From the NCBI GenBank assembly GCA_052327205.1, contig CM126202.1, positions 80,104,001 through 80,168,000 on the forward strand: DNA of 64,000 nucleotides, given 5' to 3'. Both the position numbers and the translations under genes were made by a program. The notes beneath the pieces are model-generated. The model made no database searches and had not been told where the DNA came from. It was given only the letters and a program-made list of their open reading frames with translations. This document shows, in pieces, positions 25,070-37,300 of the stretch. Every line of letters starts with the position of its first letter. The first letter of the stretch is position 1. This stretch comes from Somniosus microcephalus (taxonomy: Eukaryota).

Positions 25070-25722
25070 GGAAGCATACATATATTAGTCTACTGAACTC
25101 ATTAGAAGTGTACAGATATTTGGTCCATTGAACCCATTAGAAGCCTATGGAATAAAAACAGAAAATGCTGGAAATACTCAGCCGGTCAGGCAGCATCTGT
25201 GGAGCGAGAAACAGAGTTAACGTTTCAGGTCGATGACCTTGCGTCCAAACCTGCTGAGTATTTCCAACATTTTCTGTTTTTATTTCAGATTTCCAGCATC
25301 CGCAATATTTTGCTTTTGTAAAAGCCTATGGATATTGTTCCATTGAACCCATTAGAAGCCTATGGATATTGTTCCATTGAACCCATTAGAAGCCTATGGA
25401 TATTGTTCCATTGAACCCATTAGAAGCCTATGGATATTGTTCAATTGAACCCATTAGAAGCCTATGGATATTGGTCCATTGAACCCATTAGAAGCCTATG
25501 GATATTGGTCCATTGAACCCATTAGAAGCCTATGGATATTGTTCCATTGAACCCATTAGAAGCCTATGGATATTGTTCAATTGAACCCATTAGAAGCCTA
25601 TGGATATTGTTCAATTGAACCCATTAGAAGCCTATGGATATTGTTCAATTGAACCCATTAGAAGCCTATGGATATTGGTCCATTGAACCCAGTAGCAGCC
25701 TATGCATATTTGTCCACTGAAC
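25070..25722. repeat. 34-bp tandem repeat AAGCCTATGGATATTGTTCCATTGAACCCATTAG, interrupted at 25152-25321
   Basis: Period of 34 (25322, 25356, ...), about 11 copies right of the insertion and 2-3 degenerate copies to the left. Confidence 0.92.
25152..25321. mobile_element. Penelope-like element remnant with inverted arms
   Basis: AAAACAGAAAATGCTGGAAATACTCAG...GAAACAGAGTTAACGTTTCAGGTCGATGACC followed by inverted CTGCTGAGTATTTCCAACATTTTCTG. AAGCCTATGGA flanks both sides. Confidence 0.72.
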
Positions 25723-25879
25723 TAATTTCTTTGCTTGGGCTGCTTTTGTCAGTCCCTAAACAGGTCACTAGATAAAGTACCATGTGGATCTAAGTCATTC
25801 TATTGAAATGAATGAACTACACTTACTAGCTTACCCCTAGTCAATAACATAGTGTGATGCTGCCTATAGGTAAATAATC

Positions 25880-26000
25880 TGCTAAAACTCACTGTCCAAG
25901 CTGGCACATGAAGAATAGATGCTCAACTGAGGTACTGGTGATCTCACTACCTGTGGAACTGTACCCCAGCATGAGACACTGTCTTCAGGAAAGGCAAGGA
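25880..26000 (+). mobile_element. LF-SINE-like 3' fragment
   Basis: ACTCACTGTCCAAGCT..CACATGAAGAAT..GAGGTACTGG..CTGTGGAACTGTACCCCAGCATGAG..CTTCAGGA. Confidence 0.65.
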
Positions 26001-27067
26001 CAATGTCGGGGGTCGGGGTGGGGGCTAAACATAAACATCAGCACAGGAAGACATTGAACAGAGCGAGCAAGAATTGGCTTCTGCACACCCTTACTAGTTG
26101 AGCTACAAACATTGCCTCTGTATTGTGTATTGTTAATAACTCAGGTGCAAAGAGAAAGTCCTTCAAAGAAACCTTCATTGCTTTCAGACCGAGTTTTTGA
26201 AAAGTACTGTAGTGCCTAAAATCCCCACTTTAGCACCACAGTCAGTACAGAGCCTGGCAGTCGATAGTCCATCTGTACTGTAAATCACAAACATACACAA
26301 GCACTGAGGGTTATGACAATTTAGAAAAAAAAGCTCCATTTTAATAGAAATCTGAATCACATGCTGCAAACTGCAAAGACACAATCAACATAGAATGAGA
26401 AACCGAGGAACGGGAATTAAAAGAAAAGAAAAAAACTTTCATAACTCCTTAGTGCCTAATGATGCAGAAAATGTAATGAATAGTCCCCTTTGTGGATTTA
26501 TTACTTTAATTACATCACATTCTATGGCCATTCTATTGCCGCTTTAAATTTTAGATTTCAATTTTGTATTACAATGTGAAATCTTTTTATCATAATAAGC
26601 GTCAGACTTCAGAAACCAAGTTATATCGGTGAATTTCATTTGAAGAATTAAGTTGCTTAGAAATACAGAGGCAGTGGAGAAGTTGAAGCATCCTGATTGT
26701 TAGACAGAAAAACCCAACCGTAATAACAATCAGGTTACGTTTCAGTTATTGCCCAAACGAGTAGTAACTAATTAGAGGTTAATCCTCCTATCATGCTTTG
26801 AGATCAGCTGTAATCTGATCAAGGATGAATACAATAGTGGCCTGATGTATATTCATACCAAGGCTAGGCATGACCAGGAGCAGGAGATGAGTTTTAACCA
26901 AGTTATTTCATGCTCTTTTTGTTCAGTAAGTATATAAAAAGATGTGACCCTTTGATATATGGACAGATTCAAAGTTACCAAACTCAAAAAGGAATGGTGA
27001 AATCATTATGATTTAGATCACCCCTCCTCAAATATAATCCTTGAATGAATCATACAAAAGGTGCAGA

Positions 27068-27875
27068 GAACAACAACAACAGCTTGTAGTAAAACGTCCC
27101 ACAGGAGTGTTATAAAACAAAATTGGAGACTGAGCTACATAAGGAGGAATGAGGGCAGATGACCAAAAGCTTGGTCAGTGAGGTAGGTTTTAAGGAGTGT
27201 CTTAAAGGAGGAAAGAGAAGTAGAGAGGCGGAGAGGTTTAGTGAGGGAATTCCAGAGCTTAGGTCCTTGGCAGCTGAAGGCACGGCCACCAATGGTTGAG
27301 CGATTAAAATCAGGAATGTTCAAGAGACCAGAATTAGTGGAGCACAGATATCTCGGATGGTTGTGGGGCTGGAGGAGATTACAGAGATAGGGAGGGGCGA
27401 GGCCATGGAGAGATTTGAAAACAAGGATGAGAATTTTGAAATCGAGGTGTTGCTTAACCGGCAGCCAATGTAGGTCAGCGAGCACAGAGGTGATGGGTGA
27501 ACGGGACTCGGCTTAGGACACAGGAAGCCGAGTTTTGGATGACCTCAAGTTTACGTAGGGAGGCCAGCCAGGAGTGCATTGGAATAGTCAGGTTTAGAGG
27601 TAATAAAGGCATAGATGAGGGTTTCAGCAGCAGATGAGCTGAGGTAGGGGCAGAGATGGGCAATGTTACAGAGGTAGAAATAGGCAGTCTTAGTTATGGT
27701 GCGGATATGTGGTCAGAAGCTCATTTCAGGGTCAAATATGACACCAAGGTTGCAAACAGTCTGGTTCAGCCTCAGACCGATGCTAGGGAGAGGGATGGAG
27801 TCGGTGGCTAGGGGATGGAGTTTGTGGTGGGGACTGAAGTCAATGGCTTTGGTTGGAGGAAATTTCTGCTCATCC
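27068..27875 (-). mobile_element. L2-clade LINE 3' fragment
   Basis: Minus ORFs NLGVIFDPEMSF and LADLHWLPVKQHLDFKILILVFKSLHGLAPPYL...GGRAFSCQGPKLWNSL, with an (aac)n tail. Confidence 0.92.
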
Positions 27876-28353
27876 AGTACAGAATCAGGTGCTGAAATCA
27901 GTTCACTAAGAATCAATTAAATTCAGGCTATACTGTATTCCATTTAATTGAGGGAAGAGCACAAAGTCTGTGAGATGCACAACAAATATCAGGGCCTTTG
28001 GGTATATTTGCAGATCCTAAGTGTCTACAGATCTGTTCTCAGTGTTCCCAGAACAGCTCCTTATCCTGAAGCACCGGCCTAGCTCACATTGGAAGAATGG
28101 GCACTCTCCGTGAAACTGTACACCAGAATGAGTAACTGTCGTCAGGAAAGGCAAAGCAGAATATGGGAGTGGGGGGGGGGGTCACAAACAACAGCACAGG
28201 AAGGGGGTGGACAGAGAGCAAGAATGAACTTCTACACAGATACGGAGTTGTTGTAGATATAATTACTCGCCAGATAGAACATCAGATTTCTCCAAGATTT
28301 AGAGCAATGTCTCTCTTACAGAGGTGAAGCAGCAGTGTAGGAATGACTCTCAC

Positions 28354-28418
28354 CTATAGTATGGGATGAGACCGGCGATTGCTGGTTTGGAGGCTGCTGC
28401 ACCTTTGTTCGAATAATC
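28354..28418 (-). CDS. PAX5: PAX5 exon 4
   Basis: ttttattcag|GATTATTCGA...ACTATAG|gtgaga, 65 bp. Encodes (R)IIRTKVQQPPNQQSPVSSHTI. Confidence 0.96.
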
Positions 28419-29267
28419 CTGAATAAAAGTAAAATTAAAGAAAGAAAATCAATTTTCAAAAATATATTGTTAAAAGAAAAATAAATCATTGCCCCTTAAT
28501 TGGTCATTTTCTGCTAGCTCTTTCAATACCTTATTTCTCTTTTGAGTTACATATGAAATTCCTATCACATAATAATATTTGCAAAATAAATAGCCTATAT
28601 GTGTGTTTCAAGGAGTTAAGTTACTTTGTGTTTCTCTCCCCTTCCCTTTTGCCATGTGTCATGTCCCAGCCAAGAGAAATGGAGCCCACCAGCTCCCAGA
28701 CTCCTTTCTATGGTACATAGCGATGCTTCCTGGTGTTACTTTTCTTTAATAATAGTGTTTATTGTAATTTGATGCACACATAAATAATCCAGTATTAAGG
28801 TCAGCGCAACACAAAGCATGGCCCATTAATGCTGCCACGCAATATAGCTTCTATTCCATTTATGGATGTTAATACACAGCCAGTTTTATACTGCTACTAA
28901 TGTATAGTTTGATTTTTTTTTTAATTATTACAGGAGAATTATAATGGTGAATCCTATTCCTGCCTTCATCAGTGGTCCAAGTATGGAGCTTACATTCAAT
29001 GTGTATTCTACCTCTTTGTATCTAACCACTTTAACATTGGATTTTTTTTTCAAATGACACTCAACTGATGTAACTTTTCTTGTAGATTTTAATCATTTCT
29101 ACCTTTTCTCAGTTTGCCTTTTGGTCATTGAAGTGTGTCTAACCTGGTGCATTTATGGTGGCTGAGATTTCTATACCAAGTAGATTGATAATACAAATTT
29201 AAAACTTTCAATTATGTAGAGGGCTCCATGTTAGTGCAGATCATTATTTTATTTTAAAAAGATCTAG

Positions 29268-29580
29268 TTTGAGCTCCCTGATAGCTTAGCTAGTTAAAGC
29301 AGGAAATGAATGTGCCAAACAGAGCTGTTTGGTCCTTGGTTTGATTCCCTGTCAATGCTGAATTAGCAAGGATATTGGTGTAGGTGCTACAATTGTTGTC
29401 AGTCCTGGGATGGGGAGAGGAAAGTACACTAAATGTACACTCTAGGGAGCCGCAAGCCTACATTTCGTTGTACTGCACTTGTGCACTAACAATGACAATA
29501 AAGTTGATTATTATTATTATTATTATTATTCAGTAACCTATGTTGGAATTTCACATGTGTGGATGAATTCCAGGTTTTGT
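29268..29580 (+). mobile_element. LF-SINE-like 5' portion interrupted by a LINE tail and (TTA)n
   Basis: TAGCTTAGCTAG..GGTTTGATTCCC..TGCTGAATTAGC..GGTGCTACAATTG, then the insert ATTTCGTTGTAC..AATGACAATAAAG(TTA)n at ~29460-29530, then CAGTAACC..TGTGTGGATG. Confidence 0.5.
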
Positions 29581-29715
29581 CTGATTACACCCCTGTAAGG
29601 CACCTTGGTACATTTTACTATGTTAAAGGTGCTATATAAATGCAAGTTGTTGTTGTTTCTGAGGACTATTGTTTCTCTAACATAAGAAAGCAAAATGTGG
29701 GACCTAGGCCCATCT

Positions 29716-29912
29716 CAAACAACAACTTACATTTATATAGCGCCTTTAACATAAATAAAAATGTCCCGAGGCACTTCACAGATGTGTAATCAAAAAAAAA
29801 ATGAATGCCAATCCAGAGCATGAGATATTAGGAGGGGTGGTTAAAGAGGTGAGTTTTACGGAGGGTCTTAAAGGAGGAGAAGAAAATGGTGAGGCAAACG
29901 AGTTTAGGGAGA
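29716..29912 (-). mobile_element. L2-clade LINE 3' fragment
   Basis: AACAACAACTTACATTTATATAGCGCCTTTAAC...GGGTCTTAAAGGAGGAGA...TTTAGGGAGA, similar to 9201-9425. Confidence 0.7.
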
Positions 29913-31152
29913 GAAAGCAGTAAAAAACATAAAATTAGATAAATTAGAAAGGAGCAATTAAGTGATCCCAAGATTGGATTTTAAAAGCCTTAAAGATATA
30001 GGAGGAGGAAAGATCTGAGGGATGTAACAATTTCACAGTTCTGAGGAACCAGGAAAGAATCATTCAGAGAAGTAGACCCTGTAGAATCAGTTAGTTAAGT
30101 AGACTGCGCAATACATCTTTAATTTCACTGCAGTGCCAATGTAGGCAGGTGGAAGTGTATTTAGGATGGTCTATTTGCAGCTTAGAAAAAAAGTAAAGAG
30201 GAAAGGAGAACTGACCATAGTAGTATGGATAAAATAGAGAGAGAGAGAAGTTGAAGGCTAAATGTGAGAGAGGGATTGTATCCTGTCTAGGATTGGAGTG
30301 TGAGAAAGAGGCTTTTGGAGCAGTAGTCAAGTCTTTGAACAGACTTGGGCAGCTGAGAGTAAAGAGTTGTGATGAAAAAGTGTTTGCCATGAAAGGGAAA
30401 ACTAGGCTTATTGGAGGCAACTTCAGCAATGGAAAAGTGTGTTTCATTTGAGGTCACGGCAGATAATTTGGCCATAAATGTGAAGAAGAACTATGCATGG
30501 AACCAAAGGTTGGACATGGGAACTGTTGTTTGGATTTGTGACAGATACGAAGAAAATGTGTCTTAGAAGATTTAAAAGAAACTACATTTTATGGACCCTA
30601 TAATGAAAGGCACGTGGGAGATAAAGATATAATGATCCAGACATTGTACAATAAGAGGGTGACAGCTGTTAATGCTGAGAGCAATCAATTTGAAGGAAGC
30701 TGATAAATATAGGAGGAAAAGAGCCAGCAGGGTTGGGTGATGAGAGAGGAGTTACTGATATAAAGAAGGAACAGAGTAGGAGAGAGGACAGTGCCATGGA
30801 AAGCCACTGTGTAAAAGGAAAGAGTCGCAGAATGAGGAATAACCACTTGGGTCGAATGTCAGAATGGTCAATCACCTGTAGAGCTGTACCTCAGTTAGGA
30901 GTTTGACGCTTCAGAAAATGAGATGGGAATGAGGGGGACATTAAATATAACTTTTAAAATATAAATTTATATATACATATATATCATCAACCAAAACCCT
31001 CAGAGAGTTAGTGCTATGTGTTTTTGCTTTTTCTCTTGTCTATCTATTCCAGATGTTCTTTACAAATTGCAAAAACAGAATAAAGCTGTTGTGTTATGTA
31101 GACTGAGGGTCAAGTGTCGGTTAATGTTGGACAGTGCACCCCCTATGGGTCA

Positions 31153-31356
<204 letters not shown>

Positions 31357-34300
31357 TTAAAAAGAAAAGGAGAAAGAGATTGTAAGGCATTACTTGAGAT
31401 TGGGCACAATCTTGGAAAATCAAAATTAATCCGCAAACAGAATTCATTTAAAGGGTTAATGCCAATCATTTTTGTCTGGTATATATGACTGACACTCAAG
31501 ACAGAGTTTCATGTCCCATTAGAGTGATGGTGAAGTAGTACTCCAAGAAGTAGAAAAACTTTTCCTTAATTGTAAAAACAATAAAGCATTTGCTCTCTTT
31601 TTGGTAATATTTAAAATGAAGGTTTGGATGAGCAGAACCGATTTGTATGTACGTGTGTGTGTGGTGTATACATGTGCTTGGATGCGTAAACGTTCGTGTG
31701 TTGGTGTATACTGTGTGTGAATTTAGTATGTGCATGTGTGTATAATGTGTGTGTGTATGCATGCTTATACTTGTGGGGGGGGGTGTGGGTGTGTGTGTAT
31801 GTGCCTACGTGTTGCACGAGAGAGACCGTTTTAGCTCAGTGATCTCCTTACTAATGAAATTACAAGTTAATCACTTGCAAAGTGGCCACTTCCAGCACAC
31901 AGCGGGTTTCTTGAGGGTGAAAAAGACTGTTTTTGTTAAAACATTACCTGACAGTGATCTCATACTCGTGATAGTACACGGGCTCGTTTTCCTTTGGATT
32001 TTCACCGTAAAAGTTCAAGAACAACATAATGCAATTTTCAGTTTTGATATTATCAGGTTTTTTAAAATCTATTATCATGAAATAATGGGAGCAGATGGTT
32101 AAGGGGATAAACATCCAGATTCGGAACATCGTGAAATGCTTTGCCTGGAGTACCTTAAATAAACTATAGGCATTTCAAAAACCTTATTGCCGTATTTTGA
32201 CTTAGCATCTACTTTTCCATCACGCATCAATTATTTTCTGTTTTTTTTTATTTTGGGTTATTTCTGTTAGCTGCCAGTTCAATTTTGTAATTATACTGTA
32301 CTTAATATTTTACTTAATGTTTTACTTTTAATGTTTCTAATGCATTTATGTCTTTTGTTTTTATTCAACCTTCCCATATATTTTAATCTTTGCTTGCACA
32401 TCTCTACCACAGCAAGTATCAAAAGACCACAAAGAATGAGAAAAAGGGAGACAGAATGCTGTGGTGTCAGAAGGAAACCAGGCTGCAAGTGCAACAAAGG
32501 GAGAGAGAAAAGAGAATGAAAGCAGCCGGGACAGAAGCCGGGGGAGAGGAAGAAAGAAGATACAACGGAGGCTGAAGCGAAGGGAAAAGCAGCTTAGACT
32601 GAGATTGAATGGAGAGGGAAAACAAGGCCATGAAAGCGGGACAAGGCACAGAATGGTTGCAAGAAGAGTGTGGAAAAAAATCAGAAGACCATACAGTGAC
32701 AGGGAGAAAAGTCTTAATAAACTCCCTGCGTCAGTACACCGAAACAATAATAGATGGATAGACTGACAGAGATATTAATATTTCCAATACCAAGTTCATT
32801 CAGGTACATTAAATTATCTCCATAACAACAGTGAATGCACTTCAAAGCAGGTTATTGCCTGTGAAGCATTTTGGGACATTTCTGAGCGATGTGATAAACT
32901 GCTTTATAAATCCAAATCTTTTTTTTCTGCTTTTTGTAGATTTGTAGAAGGTACTGTCTAGTCCAATTGACTCTCGAGAGTTCATTCGCTCAGTCTCAGT
33001 TTCAGTGATCTCTCAGCTGATTATAACTTTTGGGAGAGAGAGATATCAAAACTAATATTACTACAATGCCTGGGGTCAATGTACATGATGTGACAGTTAA
33101 CCCCAGTAGCATCAGCATGTTCCTTTCTAAACTCCAGCTGAGTCTTGGCAATATCTGCTAAAAAGGAAACCTCAATACAAACTTTGTGCTGTTAAGATTT
33201 AATTTTGTATATTTAATGTATTTTCTTACATAAAATAGTGAACATTAATCTCCCATTTCGGGTGTTCTAGACAGGCTGTTACACCAGTTAAATGCATAGA
33301 GTACTGTGTCTTAGGGAAGCCATTGCCAAACTTAACACTACTGCTTGTACGTTTTCTGCTTTAATTATTTGTGTCAAACGGGAAACAATGTAAATCCGGG
33401 AGAGGGACAGAAGGAGATTAACTTTATTCCAAAAAAAAAATCTATGGCCAGAATATACAGGGGCCCATTAAAATTAGCTACTGTTTTAACCTCGAATCAT
33501 CATAGAAATAAATCCAGATGCGAGCCAGGTTTTGACCAAGATGCCAAGTAACCAATATCCTCGTCTATCAAGAAACCTCGGTATAATGTAACTCGTAGAA
33601 AGTACGAAAACAAGGTATCTGAAGGCTCAACCCATGGTGCCACTGGTTCATTGACCAGTCTGCTGTCTTGTGGAATCACACACCGTAGATTTCCAGCCTC
33701 AATCCCACACGGCCAGATCCCAGTTATAGAGTTTCCTGCAAACATCGCCCTCCATTGCCAGGATGAATGGGACAACGTGAGGCCAAGTTACCCCGGTTTT
33801 TCCTATGATCTAGTTTTACACACTGATATGTTTAATGGTAGTTAGGAGGAGGAAAAGCAAAGACAGGCAGTCTGATCCATAGGGTCCACAAACTGGGACA
33901 GGAGCTGCAACTTAAACGTTGTTCATCAGGTGTTAAAGAACCGTCAAAAATAGGGGGTGAGGACATTTCGATTTTTCTGGCAAACTCCAAAAATGTTCTA
34001 TTATACAATATGTCAAAGGAGGTCAGAGGTCAATTCTCACTCTCGTTTAAAAGCAAAGAAAGTTTGAACTCCCTACTTGTCTTCTGTTTGTCCCTGACAC
34101 CCTCTTCTCATTGTGTAGACAATTTACTAGTGAGGTTTTAGAGTTGTCTTAGACTTTTGATTCATATAAATGCAAGTTGTTGTTGTTGATTCCCCCCCAC
34201 TTTCCTCATATCTCAAACCGACTTCCTGTCCGACCCCGAACAGTGAAAGAATCAAAGATAAAGGATTAGAGTAAAATGGAAAGTCTGATGAATAAGAAAG

Positions 34301-37300
34301 TGGGAACTATTTAATTGGAGATAGTGAGTGTGTGAAAGGAAAAATGAAGGAAACAGAAAATAAGAAGCAGACACCACTACTGAAGCGTGGACAAGTCCTT
34401 TCTGTGCAGTAGCAACATCCAAGTGAGAGGTGAAATTACTAACCTCCTTTAATGCGTATCAATCTTTTGGCTCACTTTTTTAATTAAAAAAAGCATAATT
34501 AGTTTCATGACTGCACAGTCCTCTCTTGCTGTCTCCCCCTCTCTGGTTTTGTTTTTATCCCTTTCAGCTTGCACTTTTTTCGTTATAATTACCCGCGCCG
34601 GGCATGCCGGATCCTGTCACCTCTGGTTAGTTTTGTCTCTGTATTTGATTTTTTTAATCTATTTTTTGGATCCTGCGTCTTCTGTGAGTTTGTCGGCACT
34701 GATGGCAGCGATGTGGCGCCAATCTGTGCGACTGTCCGAAAGATACTGTTGATCTCGGCCCTTTGCCCATCGGTGTGCGCTCGACATTCTCACAGCTTCA
34801 GGACAAAACTGCACAATCAGGAACAGCGGCCAAGAGCCCCTATCCTTGGTCCTGAACGTGGTGGGATAGATTCCAGTTAGAACACAGAGAAAGGGAGAGA
34901 GAGGGACTCAAAGGTAGAAAACTGAGTCACAGACCGAGAAACTCCCGTAAAAGACAGAAAAATGAATAGACAGACAGAATGAGAGTGAAAGAGATAGAGA
35001 AAGAGAGTGAAAAGGAGTGAAACAGATAGAGAGGGAGACAGAGGGAGAGAGAGAAAGGCCGAGAGATGGACAGGGAGTGGGAGACGAAGGTGAAAAATTA
35101 ATCAATGCAGATTGCCGTCTGCACCTTCCCATTCAGAACTGCAGGTTAACCGCAGGGTCAAGAATACAGAATGTAGAGTTATCAATACCCTTGTAGCCAA
35201 GGCTTGCATGGCAGTTATTTTGGCACCCAGAAAACGTGTTTTCCCCCTGGTTTTTGTTGTTTATTCCTGGCGTTGGAAGCAGAGCTGTGAACCTCCACAA
35301 GGGGCTGAAACATCTCCAGAAGACTCATGGCTGACTGGAGAGACAACTCGCCAAACAGAGACACCTTCAGGATGCTCCTGTTACTGACTTACTGCAAGTG
35401 CATCTCAGACCAAGCCAGGTGTCTGTTAGAAACTCTGGCCTTAGCATGCAGATCCGTGCAAGCAGCCAGCTCTGTAGGACAGCACATGACATCCATCCAG
35501 TCACTTCCGGCAAAAACGATCCATCCCCGTCCAAACACTCCTTTTAAACCGGGATGGAACAAGTTGGCTAAAGAAGGTCTTCTCATCATATTTCTCTCTC
35601 TATCTCTTTCTGTCTCTCTTTCACTCTCTCTCTGTCACTTTCTGTCTCTCTCTTCCTGTCTCTCTCTTTCTCTTATTTCAAGGTCAAGCTTATTCTCTAT
35701 GAAACACTGTCCAAGGACGGGTTTCCGTGTTACTGATGGTAATAAGTCGGCAGTGAAGGGTCTTACACCGAAACCCCTGCTGTGTAATGGGAGGGGGTGG
35801 GGGCCGATACCCTTTGAATCCCCCCAGCCTGCTGACAGATCCCAAAATGAAACAAATTAGCTCTGAATTAGTGGCCTATGTTTGGCAAGCGAGGTAATTC
35901 GAAATAAAATGATCCTTAAGAAGCCCTCTCATTGAAACGCCAGCAAAATAAATAAAAAGAAAACACTTTAGCCTCTGAGTGACGAGGTGAGGCAAGCGGC
36001 AAAACTGCTGGGTGAATCAAAAGAGTGAAAGTTTTTGAAGTGAAGCTTTAAACAGCGAGGGCGGTTTTGCGTTATTGAACCGATTAACTACAGTGCACTT
36101 CACACAGGGTAATACACCTACACTGGGAAATAGATCAATAAATCACCAACTATTTCAGATAAAAGAACAATTACAGTTTAATTCGAAATGATGTAGCCCG
36201 CCTAAACAGGCACCAAGAGGCAAAAACACTTACATATAAACTCCTATTTCTGTTAGATACGATTGGAGTGGATCTTGCGATCGGTTGATCTGTTGGAGTG
36301 GAATTGAATGCAATAGCATCGTGATTCTCTTAAACAAACCTTGCAGGGAATAAATGCGTGCGATGGAGAAGGTGGAGAGAGTGACTGGTGGCAACCCTGG
36401 ACTGCTGGATGTGTTTAAAGCTCAGTCAGTGGGGACCTGAATGTTAATCCCTGCTTCACTGCGCTCCGACCGCCTTTCCCTCCACACGCTTTTCTTTTTC
36501 CTCAACAACATTTATTTTTTCTTTCCTTGAACGTGCGGCTGCCGCGGAGGCTGATCTGAACCCAACATCTTTCCATTATTGCTGAGTCCAATCGGTAGAA
36601 GTTAGTGGCGGCGAGGGGCTGGGAAATTAGAGAATTGACGGAGTTTTTTGTCCAAACGGATTATTTTTGCTTGCAGATGGAGCGTGAAAGTTGGCTCGGA
36701 ACACATCAGATTTCCATTAACAGGAAAGGCAATTGGTGACTATTAGTTAATTATTAAATTAATTAGTAAATGACAGCCTTTCTAAAGTCGTGTCAGATTC
36801 ATTGAGATTAATAACTCGAATGAAGCCGATAGGAAATGTAAGGGAAGTCATGACTATTGCAATGTTGCAGTGATTTGTTCATGTAATTGGAGTTTATTCT
36901 GACGCCTGCCTGTTTAAACGCTCCCCGACACCATACCTCCAAACAAGCAGCGTTCTGCCCTGACTTGTAACCTTCTTGTTTAGAAAGTGTTTCATTATTC
37001 GTTTGACCAACTTTCAAGCCTGGCACGGGGTTCAAATGAAGCATCTGCAATTTAATTAGGCATCGATTGGCCTGTTGTAAATTATACAAGAACAAAGAAA
37101 ATGTACAAAAAGGGTGCACGGTACAATGGGCACTGCGACTCGCTTTCACCGGCGCAGAAACTGTCGCATTCACCAAGTGCGATCAACTATCCAGGGCCTG
37201 ATCTCCAACCATAGTTTGAACCCAACGCGATTTATCAGATCCAAGGACTTCCAAAAACGACTGGAACAGGTTTCTCCAACATTTCGTTTAATTTGTATAA

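Noticed and set aside
23196-25321. Intact hammerhead ribozymes in the Penelope-like remnants
   Set aside because: The CTGANGA box is missing at the inversion junctions, so they are not reported as ncRNA features.
17690-25722. CRISPR-like reading of the 28-bp and 34-bp repeats
   Set aside because: No unique spacers, no cas genes, and a vertebrate intronic context.
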